Shown: in pieces, positions 29,239 to 45,410 of the stretch
Numbering within the stretch: the stretch's first letter is position 1
Layout of the letters: each line of letters starts with the position of its first letter
Origin: the human T2T-CHM13v2.0 reference genome, Homo sapiens
Reading direction: 5' to 3' (one strand)
DNA: 64,000 nt
NCBI RefSeq assembly: GCF_009914755.1
Contig: NC_060928.1
Made by a program: the position numbers and the translations under genes
The notes under the pieces: model-generated
Told to the model about the DNA's origin: nothing
What the model saw: only the letters and a program-made list of their open reading frames with translations
The model's database searches: none

Positions 29239-32200
29239 AAAAACAGCCCTTTGTCCTTCAAACTTACTTTACAGAACAGAGCTCATTAAATTTTCAGAGC
29301 TAGTATTTTTCATCTTTAATTAAGTGGACATTTGCTATGCTGTGGTGATAATATGGTGGACAGGACCTAGGTCAGAGCAATGATCTAAGTAAACCTGCAG
29401 GTAATATGACTAAATCATGAATTTTAGTAATGTTGGTTTTAGCAGTAAATATATAAGTTATATTTAAAATGCTTTTCAAGTTAAATCCTATACTAAATCC
29501 ATTGGGAGAATTTTCAATTAAAAAATAGTCCTCAAACAAGCTTATAAATATTATAATCTTAAAGGGAATATTCTCTAAATCCATTGGTTTTGGAAGTACC
29601 ATTTCCATTTATTTTGAGTTTCTTTCAGCGGAATATTCTATAAATATGGTGATGAATATTTAAATGATGTAGATAAAGATTAACAGCATTAATACAAGAT
29701 CCATCAGAAGGATAATATTAGTATTAATAAATTACTGCAGCAATTTTGTTATAAATTTTTAAAATGGGATTTTTGAGGTGTGGAATCTAAAAGTCTTCAT
29801 CATGAGAAAAAGGTTTAGATTTTTAAATTTTTAATTTTTTTTACATTCCTTTATTATTTGAAAGCATTGTTTGCATTGTCCCTCCTACCCTTTAATAGCT
29901 GGCATTTGTTATGATTTGGTATCTGTCTGCAGTGTTTGTGCATGAGAAACTAATGAATAAACAGTTGACGAAGTCATCATGAAAAAGTGGTTGATGATGA
30001 ATTGATTGCCATTACACAGGTATTATGTGCATTCTACCAGTTGACATTTTGAACTTCTCCCGTAATGCAGGTTGCTTTCTCTCATCTAGGAAACAGATCA
30101 AAGGCAGGCATTTCCAATTAAGCCTGGTAGGGTCCTGTACCTCCAAATTATAGGCTAACTTACTGTGTCTAACTATAACAGACATTTTGTTAGCAAATTT
30201 CTTTGAGCACACAAATATGCCCAATAAAGCAAATAGGAAAATATTAGAATTACTAGTAAAAATGTTCAGTGTGTTGAATTCTATCGCTGAACAGTTTATA
30301 TTAATATTTTAGAGTCAGCTACTTTTTCCCCCTTTTCTTTCTAGAAGATACTTTAGCAGTAATAGCAAGACTAGGAATTCAAAGTGATAGGTTTGAAAAA
30401 ACAAGCCAATGACGGCTGTCAATTAAAGAAATCATAAGAATTTTACACAAATATTGTAGGGAGGAATTCAAAATTGTAGTAATTAAAATGTTGTTGGGGA
30501 GACTGGTACCATAAACAAAGTCCACATAAATTTCATCAAATTGTATAATCAGAGATTGTTGCAAGGGGTGGATTGGACACTGAGCTTTTGTACGCAGAAA
30601 AGAAGTTTTATTTTACTTTTTGAAACTTTTCATTCTGTTGCATTTTTTTCCTGTTTGAATTTTATGTTGACAGTGAGCCAAATAATTCAGATTTATATCA
30701 CTGTAATACTGACATAATGACAAAATATGAGATTATGGAAAGTGGGGCTCATAAATGAATTCCAGTTGTTTTACTTTCAGGCATTTTACAGAAACACAGA
30801 TGAAGCATTGATAAACTAGAGAACAGCTGTTGTTTAGCCATCTTACACAATGTAGTTTTTCACTTTTTTTTTTTCTATTTTCATGAACATTTTTTTCTTG
30901 CCGGATTCTTCACTTTATGGTTATTATTAGCATCAGAGATACAAGACTGTTATGCACTCTAGATATCTTTGGCAAGTTAATACTTTTTGGAATGAACTTG
31001 TGAGAAGAATTCTTTAGTAGACTCATTGTTATGTAGATTACACCTTTATTTTACATAACTTTCTGAACCGAGTTCCTTTGGTTCCAGTAATTTAAATTTA
31101 ACCAACATATATTGAGAACCTATTCCTTCTCTTTCTGTACTTTGCAGTTTAGAGGTCAGTGTATATTGCTGCTTATAGTTTATAAGGAATATAGAGTCAG
31201 TAGAGCTCTTTGCAGTTTATAACTAATTTTCATTTGTATGTCATCTCATACTGTTGGTTATATATACACATAGATGAATGTCATGATCCCTACTCTTAAG
31301 ATCCTTACAATCAAGTAGAAAGAGTAAACATAAATGACTTATTTATTATGGAACTTCAAAGTCACCCTAAATAAAGATTTGAAAAAGATTAAGTATAAAT
31401 GTATTTCAAATTTGACACTTGCTTAAATTGATACATGGCCTTGCTTTTAGGCATTTGGAAAATTTTTATCTAAAGTGCTTTCTATTTTAGAATTTATACA
31501 TCAGACACTTTGTATTAATAATGGAGATAATAATACCTAATGCTTATAGAACATATAATACTTTTTAAGGAGCTTTTAAATCTTCAATTTCATTTTATCC
31601 TCATTAATTTGATAATCTGCTGAGGTTCTTTTCTGTCCGTTGATTTGATTACAATTGCTACACAGCAAAAAGAGAAATGGAATCACACTATAATAGATCT
31701 TGAAGGAAATATAAAGACAATCTTACCTAATGCCTTTATTTTAAAACGAAACTGAGGTTAAGGCTGTTACTTGTCTTAGGTCACAATGCTAGTTAGGGGC
31801 AAATCTTTTGACATTAAATCAGTCATGTTTCTACCAAATCACTGCTTCTCTCCAGTATAGGCTTTTCAACACTTGTCCCCATGAGTTTAGGCATGAATTA
31901 TCCAGTTTGATTCCTTATACTACCCAAATGGACAGCTGTTTGCTCTCTTTCCTTCTCTCCTTGTTTCTTTCTCTCTCTCCCCACTTCCACCCTCTCTCTT
32001 AATAACCACCCCTCTCCCTGCCTCCCTTCTTTCCTTCCTTTCTCTCCTTCCTTTTCTTCTTTCTTCTGTTTATCCAGATATTCAGTCATTCATCGTCACT
32101 GAACATTTATTGAATCTGTTTCATCTTTGCTTGCCAATGCACATGGCATCTGAGATTATGTGACCCTGATACCATAATGTCAGAATGCTTATTCCGAGTA

Positions 32201-32300
32201 TTTGAATATTACTCTATTTCTAGAGCAGAGAAAGTAGGTTTATGAATGGAGATTGGGTCAGGGATGGAGAGGCAGAGGTGGGAGGGTCATGTGACACAAA

Positions 32301-32540
32301 GAGTTTGGGACCAGCCTGGGCAACATAAGAAGACCCTATCTCTACAAAAAAGAGAAAAATTGGCTGGGCATGGTGGTGCATGCCTGTAGTCCTAGCTACT
32401 TAGGAGGCTGAGGCAGGAGAATTGCTTGAGTCTAGGAACTTGAGATTACAGTGAGCTATGATCGTGCTACTCTACTCCAGCCTGGGAGACAGAGAGAGAG
32501 TCCTGTCTCCATTAAAAAAAAAAAAAGAAAAAAAGAAAAA
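32301..32540 (+). mobile_element. 5'-truncated AluJ
   Basis: accagcctgggcaacata...gcttgagtctaggaacttgagattacagtgagctatgatc; A tail. Confidence 0.9.
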
Positions 32541-34391
32541 GAGATTGCATTTCTAACATTTCATTGAGGTCCTCAAGAAATTTTGTTGCTACCAGGGCAT
32601 ATTAACTCTGTCTACCTAAGACAATAAATACGAAAATACCTCTGATCCTTGGTTAATCTAATGCGATATTCTCTGTCTGGCAGGGATACCAACAGAATTT
32701 TGTTGTAGTCTCGTAGTAACCTTCAGAAAGTAAATATAACCCAAAAGCTATCACTGTGGTGGGATGGGGGCACTCTGGGCTCAGATCTCCAGTACATAAA
32801 TGGTCCCAATTTGGGGGACCTATGTATTTAGGTCCCATGCTGGCAACAGTGAAGGGTGTTCACCATAAAACCTCAGTCTCTTATCTATCAGATCTCAAAA
32901 CTATACTGTGTTTTAAAATTCTGTTACTTTCTTGTGACTAGCCCAGTCATATTATGTTGTATGTTATTCTGCTAAACGTGCTAATTTGTTAAATGTGTGC
33001 ATTTTATAAATATGTTATAATTATTATTCCTCTACTTTGGCATTTTTTCCCATTTTAAAAAGTGCTTAGTTACTGAAAAAGACATGGCAAAGATTGTTTT
33101 GAACTCTGAGGTTCCATTTAATTTGTATTTAGCTATTCTTATATCCTGTTACAGATATATCTGTAAATTGGTCTCAACTGTTTCTTATGTTTAGATTCTG
33201 AGTTCTCATAGTTTCTTCCAAAAGATCCTCAGTAGGATAAATTATACCGCTGCTAGCTATGTTGAGGAGTATCTTATTTAATTTAAAAGCTTCCTCCTTT
33301 TGCTTTTGGTGAGATTCAGTCCTAGGTTTTCAAGGTATGGTGACTGAATCAGTGGTCATCTATTTATACCCTTCGTGATTTTATAAATTTGAGTGATACA
33401 TCCCGTCTGCTCCGTAGTTACAGAATGAAATATAACTATGCCTCTCATTTCTTAGGTGTTCATCCCTGAAACTTCTGAAATATCATTAGGTTTATTCTGA
33501 TGTTTTTTGATTCAGAGCCACAAACACTGTCCCAGAAATGAACAGACTATGGCTGTGGAGGAAAGTATTCTTTGCTAATTGCTCTTTTTCACTATGCAAA
33601 AGTAAATTAGCCAGGTTTTAGAAATTGCTGGATCCAAACCAATTTTAAAATGTTGTGAAACAATGAATCTTCTATAGTGTTTGAGTTTCAAAGTTAACAC
33701 AGTTACAGCGGTAAGATGGTTGCTATAAAAATTCAAACCATGCAAAATATTCAAGGTAAAACGTAAAAGTTGCCCTGCATTCCCCAATATAACATTTTGT
33801 CATCAATAACTTGTTGGTAGTATTCCCATGCCTTTTTGCACATTGATATATGAAGTCTTGGCAGGTCTTATTGTTAAGCTATGCTTGACATTTGTTTTCT
33901 CAACATGATTTATTTGAAGATGGTCAAAATGAAGTATTGCATAAGGCAAGAATTTAGTTTTTTCTTTTGCCCAAAGGAACTTGTATTCGGTAATTGTTTT
34001 CTTCCAAACATGCTTTGAAGTCCTTGACTACAATAGCCAATGATGGAAACAGTAATAATGTAGTTAAACACGCCCCAAATTATGCAGCAAAAATCTTAGA
34101 TTCTGGCACTTACTAGCCTCACTAGTGGTGTACCTTTGAGTAAATCATTTAATTGCCTTTTGTTCATTTCTGAGACTTTTTTCATTTCTGCGATTCTATT
34201 ATTCTTTTACTAAGTGAAAAATATATGTGGATTTTTCAAGAAAGAAGATGAATATTTCACAAATAACTAAGAATACAAAATTTAGAAAATTTTTGCCTAA
34301 AACAAACATGTGACAAAAATAAATTAGAATAATTTTTAATGGGAAGAAGAGTTTAGTATTGACTATTGTGCAATAAAGTAGATAGCTTTAT

Positions 34392-34666
34392 TTATTTATT
34401 TAGAGACAGGGTCTTCTCTGTCGCCCAGGCTGGAGTGCAGTGGCATGATCATGGCTCCCTGCAACCTTGACCCTCTTGAGTAGATGGGATTACAGGGGCA
34501 TGCCACCACATCCAGATAATTATTTTTTTATTATTTTTTTTTTTTTACAGATGATGTCTTGCTATATTGTCTAGGTTGGTCTTGAACTCCTGACCTCAAG
34601 TGATCCTCCAGCCTCAACCTCCCAAAGTGCTAGGATTAAAGCTGTGAGCCACTGTGCCCTGATGGG
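34392..34666 (-). mobile_element. AluJ with internal deletion
   Basis: gagacagggtct...gatcatggctc; TSD agatagctttat at 34380-34391 and 34667-34678. Confidence 0.9.
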
Positions 34667-35299
34667 AGATAGCTTTATGTTATGATCCAATGTAACACCT
34701 AGAATCATTACACTATAATGCTGGCCTTTAATATACTTTAGGTTTCTAAAAATAAAAACAAATGAAAATAATTTTCAAGAGACAAGTCCAAACATAACTG
34801 GAGAATTTGATTATGAAAGAATTCATTTTGCCTACATTCTTGTTTGCACGGTGGCTCTCCCTGTATAGCCATTACATAAACTATACAGGACTGTAGATTA
34901 TAAATTCGACTTATATTTAGAATTCATCTGTGATATGAATATAAAGTTTCAGTCTGTTTTATACTATAGTGTTAGAAAATAAAATCAAGAAGCAGAAAAT
35001 GGATATGTCCAAAGAATTCTAGGTAATTAAAAGGCAGCTATGTTTTAATCTAATAAGTAGATATCCCTGTCAGTATTTTATGAATTGTGAAGATAGAAAC
35101 TATATTATTTATCTCAAATTTCTTTAAAAACAATGTTACGATACTGGTCTAGAGACCAGTATCAAACTTGATGTCTTGCAGAGTTATAAAACAACATTGC
35201 CAATATATTTTTGGGGGATATTAAAACTGGGTCTAGCATGATAGAAGCATGAATGATCTGATGGTATAATATGTGTTAGAGGCATTCTAGCTTTGGAGA

Positions 35300-36199
35300 G
35301 TCAGGTTTCATTCTTCTTCTGACATGCTCCAGTTATATAACTACGACAGTCAACACAGTGTTCTTAGTTTTTTCTTAACCAGTTTCAGGTAAAACCATAG
35401 GCATTTAGATACCTACAGGAGGCATTCTCTTCTTCAGTGGTGACGTACTGCAATAAGGTTCTGAGACTAACCACCCAAGGTGAGTACCAGACTCCACAGT
35501 TTTAAGGACATGGTCCCTGACATGATTGCCCTCACTTCAGATACCAGATGAAAAATTGGAGCCCCAAGCTACCTGCATTGCTAACCAACTGGCTACAAAT
35601 CCAGAGGATTCCCATGACTACAACTCAGGTTTGACAATTCCCTAGAATAAATCATAGAACTCAGGAAAGTGCTATACTTACAGTTTTATTGTCAAGGATG
35701 CAAGTCAGGACCAGACAAATGAGGAGACACAGAGGGCAAGGGCTGGGAGGATCCTGATTGCAAAGCTTCCATGCTGCCTCTCAGTGGGTTCAGAGTGTAT
35801 CAAACTCTTGGCCCATCAATGTGTTCATCAACCAAAAAGCTCCCTCAAGCTTCAGTGTTGGGAATTTTTACTGGGGTTTCATAATGTAGGCATAATTGAT
35901 AAAATCATTGTCCATGTAATTGAGCTCAATCTTCATTCAGTCTTCCTACCCTCGCTGAATGTCCAGAAGTTGGGCTGATATCACATGGTTTAAAGCCCCA
36001 ATCTTCTAATAACATGATCAGCCCCCATTCTGAAGCTATCTGGGGTCCCACCATGAGTTACCTCAACACAAATTCAGGTGTGATCCAAGGAACTTAGGAA
36101 TAACAAAGACACTTCTTTTACTGGGGAAGTTCCAAGGATTTAGAGTCTTAATCCCAGGAACAAGGAACAAAGACCAGTCAAATTCCTTATTATACAACA
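35300..36199 (-). mobile_element. MER21-family LTR
   Basis: ccaactggctacaaat...ctcaggtttgacaattccctagaa...gaactcaggaaagtgctatactta; ends ttattatacaaca; left boundary approximate. Confidence 0.75.
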
Positions 36200-38097
36200 A
36201 GTGGTGTGGTCCAAAGCTCTTTCTTAAAAAAGTTAGTAGTTATTTCAAATATGTATGCACCATAAATTAGTCATAAAGTCTGACATTGTAACTGTTTTCT
36301 TATAGGATATCTGGAAGTATGTAATTCCCCTCTTTTCCAATCCACTCTTTGCCTCTCATAGTGGTTGGATTATATAATAATTTTATGTTCCAATGCTGAT
36401 AATTTTCTTTTTCTGAGAAAACTGTGGAGTCAATATGAATTCTTATTTCTAGGCCAAACCTAAAGGATTAAGGCTGAGAACATCTTCTGTTTTTGATAAA
36501 GATTAAAAATACATTTCCTTTTGCTGGCCTATGCTTCTCTTAATATTCAATGACTTCAAATACATAATTGTGATTGTTACTGTAAATCATAGCAAAATGG
36601 TTTATGGTCAGAGTTTATTTGATTTGGCTTTACCTATCCATGTGCTCTTAGAATAGGAGAGGTATGGAAATACTGGAGTAGGCCTAACACTTTGATTTAA
36701 AACTTTTTCAGAGAAACGGACTGATAAAATCAAAGGGTTACTTGTGGTTTGCTTCCAGCTCCATCAATATAGCGTATGGTATAAAGTTAAGAAAATTACT
36801 GACAGATTTGATTGTTGAACTAGGTCTGATTGGCTCCCAGACCTGATGTATTTCAGTAACTTGTACTGCTTCCGGATGAGAGTTGCTTTTCCTTTTTAAG
36901 GGAAACATAAAAGCAGGGTACACTATAAGAATACCTAAAAGTCTGAATTTCTCATGGAGTTTTTTTTTAACTTTAAAGGAACCAAATTAAGATTTTAAAA
37001 TATGCAAATTTCATTTTCTATTTTTGAAAGCCATTTTCTGATTCGTACCACCAGGTGTTTTCTCTTGGTTGTAGTTGGATGGTAATAATCTATGCCTTTA
37101 TGGTGTGTGGCATTCTTAGAAGTCTGAAATATGCCACGTGCTGAGTGTTATACTAGATAAAAACACAACAACCTTAATGTTGGCCACAGAATATGTTAAA
37201 TGCAGTGATCATGAAAACGCCTTTTTAGATAAGACAACAGATAGTAGATACCCGTTATCAATGCAAGACTTGTGAGATAAGGTGAGTGGGGGAGAGGTAT
37301 GTGCTATATACTGAAATAGTTTTTCTGTTGTTAACAAGTAGCATCACATGTATTGTTTAGAATGATGTTTTACTTTGCTGAAGAAATTCTCCTGAATCCC
37401 AAAATAAAAAAGAGCATAGAGGAAATATTTAGTTATCTAAATATTTGATAAGGACTGAATCTCAACAATCACTTTCTGTTGTGGGTAAGAAATTATTATT
37501 TAGGTTGGAAAAATGAGACAAAATATAGCAATTTGGGGAGAAGTAAAGAACTGCATTTATTTTGTGTTTGGTGACTGTATTACTCAACACTGTAAACATA
37601 TATTTTTTGTATGAAAATAAATGTTTCTTTTGTGGGACAGTGCCATTTTATGTACTGCTGAAATTATTCCCCTACAAACTGTATTTTATCTGGAGAAGTG
37701 ATTGGTGTCAAAAGTATTGCTTGTATCAAGATATATGTACAGAGTGGAGGTTGCTCAGTAATATATAGTGTCCTGATGGTTTATGTTGACGGTGCACTGA
37801 CATAATTTACATCAGCCATTCCTTTTTACCTTGAACTATAAGGTGTGATAGCTTCCGGATTTATATTTGTAAGACTTTTAACCATTTAAGGAGTTACTGT
37901 TAACAAATGCACACATGTTTATGATATTCTGGTTCTGAGATGAAAACAAATATAAAACAATGTTGCTTGTGAGAACAGGAACTGGTAAGGAGCTCTTTGA
38001 CAAGCAGCACTGTCGATGCAAGTCATAACAACTACAATAACAGCAACAATAGTTATTATTTCTAACAACTTCCATTTGAAGGATGCTCTTATGAAGT

Positions 38098-38520
38098 AGG
38101 CTGGTGTAGTGATGGAGCACCAAGTCTCTGGAGTCAGACTATGCAGGTTTGAATCTCAGCTCTGCTGCTAGGTGTATGACCTTGGCCAACTTGTTTGACC
38201 TTTCTGTGCCTTGATTTCCTAATTTTTAAAATGGGGAAAAGAATAGGATTGTTCTGGGAATTAAATGACATGATAGAGAGAAAATACATAGAATAGTAAA
38301 TTATTTTAATGGTGATGATTTACAATATCTTTAGTCCTTACAGCAACTCTGGCAAGTTATTTTTTTCCCTCAAATTAGGGAAAGGTACAATTTTGCACTA
38401 TTAATAGATATGAGACTGAGCATCAGAGAAGTTAAAGTCTTGCCCATGAACGCAGATTTGAGATTGAAATGTAGGTATGGTTAGCTTTCATGCTGTAATT
38501 CATTTCACTAAGTTTTGCTG
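38098..38520. mobile_element. Two MIR fragments in opposite orientation
   Basis: ctctggagtcagact...gaccttggccaac...ctgtgccttgatttcct (+); gactgagcatcagagaagttaa (-). Confidence 0.7.
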
Positions 38521-39728
38521 CCTCAATATTAGAACTATTATTATTCCTGTGAAAGGGAAACTTTAAAAAGGGAACAGTTATAGGAATACTTGAGTCCAAA
38601 ATTTTCATGGAAAAATTTTTAACCTTAGTGGAACCAAATATCTTAATAGTATGCAGAAAGGAACCATTCTCTAGCCTACAAATATGTTCTTTGGGGGAAG
38701 AAGGATTAATATTATCACTGAGTCATAAGTGTAAAACTTATGCAATATGGTTAAATTGAAATTAGTTATAATTTGGAGAAATTTGGAGGAGGTTATGATC
38801 ATGGATACTGCACACAAGCTGTCACACACTTTCTAGATCTAGTTTTAATTACATGCACATGGATTATCCAATCTGACTATTAAACCTGGTAAATACTACA
38901 CTAAGTTCTTATTAATATACTTATTTTGCTTAATTAAAGAAGTTATGTAGATTATAAAAATATATCTCTCTTTCAAGCTATTCCTCATATTCTCAAGACT
39001 TTTAGTGGCAAAATCTATTGAAGCATAAACACAGTTTCTCACATAGTTATACTCCTCTCGCTATCCAGTTGAGTGCTATGTGCGCTGTAGAGGTTTAGTA
39101 ATTATTTGGTGTTTTTGGCAAGCTTATCTTTTGTACATTCTTCTTGATTCCTAAACCTTTTAGAACACCCCCAACTTGAGCTTTCAGTGCAGCAATAACG
39201 TGGATATCTCTCTGCATCTCCATGTAGCTGCAGTTTTACATTGAACATAATTTCAATGTCAGTAGACTGCATGGTCTGCTATGTCAGAAAGAGGCAAGAC
39301 ATAGTGAGCTTTCCTAATACCTAAAATGCTCCTGTGGTGGTAGTGGGGACCAAAATCCAATGGGATTAAGAAAGATGGGTATTAAGCAGACTGCTTATAT
39401 TGATATTGGAGAGAGTCAGGTCAAGTTTCGACCTTTTCATGTGTATTACCTAGTTTGGCAATGGCCTCCCCTACTCACCCAAAACCTGAGCAGATATCCT
39501 GGGCATAATCCAGTGCTCACCCCTATTTCCACACATGCTTTTAGTAACAGGATCCTATCCCATTCCTCTAAATCTTAAATTGTTCTCCCATTCATCCCTG
39601 TCTCCTCATTCCCATTGCTATTTCAGTCTTTATAACTTTGGTCCCACAATGTTTCTCTCTCTCTCTCTCTCTTTTTATGAATGAGCATTTCCCCACATTA
39701 TTAAATTTCCTTCAAAATATGATTTTTA

Positions 39729-40484
39729 TGCTCAACATCACTAATCATTAGAGAAATGCAAATCAAAACCACAATGAGATGCCATCTCACACCAGTCAGA
39801 GTGGCTATTATTAAAAGTCAAAAAACAACAGATTCTGGCAAGGTTGCTGAGAACAATGTATGCTTATATACTGTTGGTAGGAATGTAAATTAGCTCAGCC
39901 ATTGTGGAAAGCAGTTTAGTGATTTCTCAAAGAACTCAAAACAGAATTACCATTTGACACAGTAATCCCATTGCTGAATATATACCCAAAGGAATATAAA
40001 TTGTTCTGCCATGGAAACACATGCATGCATATGTTCATTACAGCATTATTCACAATAGTAAAAACATAGAATTAACCTAAATGCCCATCAATGGTAGACT
40101 GGATAAAGAAAATGTGTTATATACACACCATGGAATACTATGCAGCCATAAAAAAGAATGAGAACATGTCTTTTGCAGCAACATGGATGGAGCTGGGGGC
40201 CATTATCCTAAGCAAACTAACACAAGAACAGAAAACAAAATACTGCATGTTCCCACTTATAAGTGGGAGCTAAACATTGAGTACATATGGACACAAAGAA
40301 CAGACACCGGGGCCTGCTTAAGGGTGGAGAGAGTGAGGAGTGTGAGGATTGAAAAACTACCTATTTGGTACTATGCTTATTACCTGGGTGCCAAAATAAT
40401 CTGTACACCCAGCTCCCATGACACACAATTTACCTATATAATATACCTGCATGTGCATCCCCAAACCTAAATAAAAGTTCAGAC
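39729..40484 (+). mobile_element. L1PB/old L1PA 3' end
   Basis: ORF2 C-terminal peptide (ORF 40091-40273); TSD aaa(t/c)atgatttttatg on both sides. Confidence 0.92.
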
Positions 40485-40554
40485 AAACATGATTTTTATG
40501 TTTTTGTGTTACTTTATCATATGGTTGTGTCCGATTTAAAAATCCCTCTATTTT

Positions 40555-41850
<1,296 letters not shown>

Positions 41851-42749
41851 AAATAGTTTTTCATAGTCATTTTTAATAGTTCCCACTGTTAATTTCAGCA
41901 CCAGAGGGAGCTGTAGGGTAGTGGAAAAAGCCCTCATCATTGAGAAGGCCTGAATCTGAGTCCAGGCTCTGCAAATTATTTCCCATGTAGCCTTGGCCAA
42001 ATTATCTATGAAATGGGAGAATTCTTCCTGCCTCTCACAGGGTGTTGGGAAAATCCACTCAGAAGAGTAGGCACTCTTATTATACAATGTGGGCAGCTGA
42101 TTAATTTACCTAGGTGTGAGGCAGAACTTAACAGGCAGTAGTTTTTATCTGGAGATGGGGAAAAAGAAAAAGCATTAGTAGCATTTCCAGGATTTGATAT
42201 TAAAGTCAATATCAGCTTCTCATTTTATGCATTATAAATATCACCTGAAATTGGATGACAGATCATTAGAATGGTATTGCGGGACAAACAGTGACTGGGA
42301 AGCCAGGGAACATGAGTCCTGGTCCCCACGGTGCCACTCTGTTGGGTGATCCTGCACCATTCAGTCTTTTGGGACCTCAGTTTGCTAATATGTAAAATAA
42401 AAATTCAAATGTAAGTCAAGACGCATAAACTAATTCAAGATTGTTTCCACAAATAAAATTAGTGTACTCAGTGGAATACATGACTTATTCTGGACATGCT
42501 TTATGATTTTCTGGATTGGTTTCCAGTGTCCTGGTGTAGACTTATGATACCTGATTTGGGTGGGTTTCTTGCACTGCCTAAAGTTATCGTAATTGACAGG
42601 TTAACAAACGTGAATCTTTCAGGATTTTTTTTTAAAAAATAAATAAAACGATGGTGAAAGCACTACAGTTTTTCTATTTCAAATATATACATGTATTTAA
42701 AAATTCTCAAGCTATTATGTCTTTTAGACTATGAAAGCATCAGCAGACC

Positions 42750-43600
42750 CTTAACTAGAGCTTTGTGAGGGGCAGCGCTGCAATCCAATGAATAATATCT
42801 ATGAATCCAGGATCACGTTGGATATTATCACTCATTACCATTGTGAGAAAAGGATGATTAAACTAATAGTTACTCGGAGACACTTCTGATGACAGGAGGC
42901 TATGATGAAAATAAACTGGCTTCAATATACATTTAGAACCGGTAATAATGGGATGTGGCAGGAAGCCAATAAATGAACATGGCCCTCCGCTCTGATCAAT
43001 GAATTACTTTCCCTTCTCTTTCCCTGCTCTTGAGGGCAGCACAGGAACCTTAATGAAAAATCAATAACCCTCTGTAATTCAGAAATGGAATCAATCGTTT
43101 GACCTGACTTTTTCTTTTTCCTTGCTAAGAGAATGCTTAGCTCAAGATAGAATTCAGTTGTAAAGAGCTGTTCTTCAAAAAGCCTACAGAAGACACCTGA
43201 TATCAGTCCACAACAATTTATACCTGCGATGGGTAGGACTTTTCTTCCTTGCCATCTTAAGGAGTAATGAGTCTTACGTTTATTTTCCCCCACAGTTCTT
43301 CCTCATAATCCCTATCTTAAAAATTATATGCAACCATTAGTTGTTTTGTTTTTTTAATGGTTCTTGTGGCAGTTACTGCTATCAGTGCTGCAGATGCTTT
43401 AAAACATAGGTTGATAGCTGTGGATGCTGTCTTTAAACCCATCTGGGATCAAATGGGAATCAATTTTTCCACAGATCTCTCTGCATACTTCCTCTAGCAT
43501 CTGTTAACTATTAAATTTGTGCTCAAAACAAGCCAGGGCCCACGTGCCCTTGACCTAAAGGCAATTAGGACAGGCTGAAAGGTAATTAGGATGTAGGTTT
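42750..43600. promoter_or_regulatory. Candidate conserved enhancer-like element
   Basis: Repeat-free; three ATCAAT motifs (Onecut/Pbx type), TAATTA, CACGTG, CAATAAA. Confidence 0.4.
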
Positions 43601-43679
43601 AAAAATAGTGTTTTCAGGTTTTTATTGAAAATCTCTTATGACATAGGACGAGTTCTCAGGGCCCCTACTATATCACATG

Positions 43680-44225
43680 CTGTGGTGTACTGGTGAATCT
43701 TCGGCATCTGGCTTTCTTAGTGGGTGTGGCCCTAATTTGCAGGTTTTGCTGATTTCCATGGTGCTAATAGTACCACTATGGCTGATTTCAAACCACTATT
43801 GTGACTGTCACTGAACATGGAGTTGGGAGGAGACAACACAATGTACTCAGCTTGTGAGCTGGCCCTAGTATACCACAGTTGGCCATTTGGCACCTTTGCA
43901 CAAATTAGAAAACAAACTCCCTTCTGTGTGGACACCACATGACTTGATGAGTGGTATGGGGGAATAGATTTTAATCCCCACTTTGCCTCCTGGCCAAGCG
44001 TTATTGTGCAGTATTTTAATCTGCAGAAGCACATGTGAACTCTGGGAGTAACTTGGGGCCCATAAATCCTTAAGGGCTCATGGATGGACTTCAGAGAATC
44101 TGCAACTTCCTGTACAGTCAGCTGTGTGTGTATGTGTGTATGTGTGTGCATGAGCCTTTATCTGGGGAGAGGATTAATGACTTTTAACAGATTTTCAAAA
44201 GGATCCCTAATTTAAAAATTTAAAT
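43680..44225. mobile_element. MER63-like and Charlie-type hAT DNA transposon relics
   Basis: gctgatttccatggtg...ggagttgggagg; ctcatggatggacttcag...ggggagagg...cagattttcaaaagg. Confidence 0.55.
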
Positions 44226-44620
44226 CCTTGAAAATTCTGGTTACGTTGGTAGAAATCTGGGGACTTTGAGACTACATTTAAATGCAATTCAAGGGATATA
44301 AAGCCACAAGACCTAGTAAGAGTCTTGATTTTGCAGCTTTCTAGGAAAAAAGGGCACAATTTTGAAATTGGAGGCAAAAATGAAATTTTGATAAGCCTGG
44401 GCATTTTTGAATACCTCATAGATACATGCATGTTTACATTCCGTATAATGATGCAGTCAGAAGGCAACAGGATTTAGTATTCTTGCCTTCACTATATGCT
44501 AATCCCAGCAACATGCATTAAGAAAATAGGGAATTATTCATCCCTTTTTGTCCTTTATAATGCAGAGCACTTCAAAAATTTCCAACTCCTTTTCTGTCTT
44601 TTTCCCAGGGCTAGGCTTAC

Positions 44621-44713
44621 ACCCAATTTATGGTCATCTTGCTCATGCTCATCCTGCACAATTTCTAGCATTTGGAGAATGTTTCTCATGGTAGCATCTA
44701 ATGCCTGTGGCTG
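44621..44713 (-). pseudogene. NIBAN-like relic exon QPQALDATMRNILQMLEIVQDEHEQDDHKLG
   Basis: Acceptor gctttctctcag|CAG, donor GGT|gtaagc; 93 nt, open, phase 0-0; resembles EEVVLQTVMKDILQAVKE...HNL. Confidence 0.75.
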
Positions 44714-44829
44714 CTGAGAGAAAGCAGCGATGAGGGGAAGACACTGACCTCTGTTTGGGTGAGTATTTTAGTGTAAACCAGAGAGTTACCATCTAAGAGT
44801 ATCACGTAGCTATATAGGCTTAAAACATT

Positions 44830-45410
44830 CATTTCTGGAGCGTTTTATATCATATTTTTCATTTAATCACCCAATGTCAAGTCTAATAACGTAGGTCTCT
44901 TTATCACCATTTTGTGGAGATTTAGAAACCGAGATTCAGAGGCATGAGAACATGTGCAAGGGAATCAAAAATTAGAAACTTAGTCAGGCCCCAAACCCAG
45001 CTCTTCTGAAATCTCGTCCAAGGCTCCTTCCAGTACTCCCACTGTCGCACTGTTGTGGTGCCCCTGCTTGTTCCAGTGGTTGAAGGTTCAAGCAAGCATG
45101 AGTGCCAGCCCAATCACGGGTACACTGAGGGTAAACCTCAGGACTGCTGTCTGGAGTGTAGTTATTTTAATATTTCTAATGACAATTCTGAAGGCAACAA
45201 GGGCTTTGGATCCCAACAAACCTGTGGTGGAATCCTGACTCTGCCATTTCCTGGTTCTGTAACCTCTGTCAGTCTCAATTTTATTTTCTGTAAAATGGGG
45301 GTAACAGCACTTCCTTCAGGATTTTGTGAATATTAATGTACATAAAGCACTTATACCATGCCTGAAAGGTCCACAGTAAGTATTCCCTAAATGATAACTA
45401 TATTAATTCT
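44830..45410. mobile_element. MIR fragments
   Basis: catttaatcacccaa...gaaaccgagattcagagg; tctcaattttattttctgtaaaatgggg. Confidence 0.65.

Noticed and set aside
43130-43232. Plus-strand exon-like segment (ccttgctaag ... ATGG|gtagga)
   Set aside because: Stops in all frames from the best acceptor and no recognisable peptide
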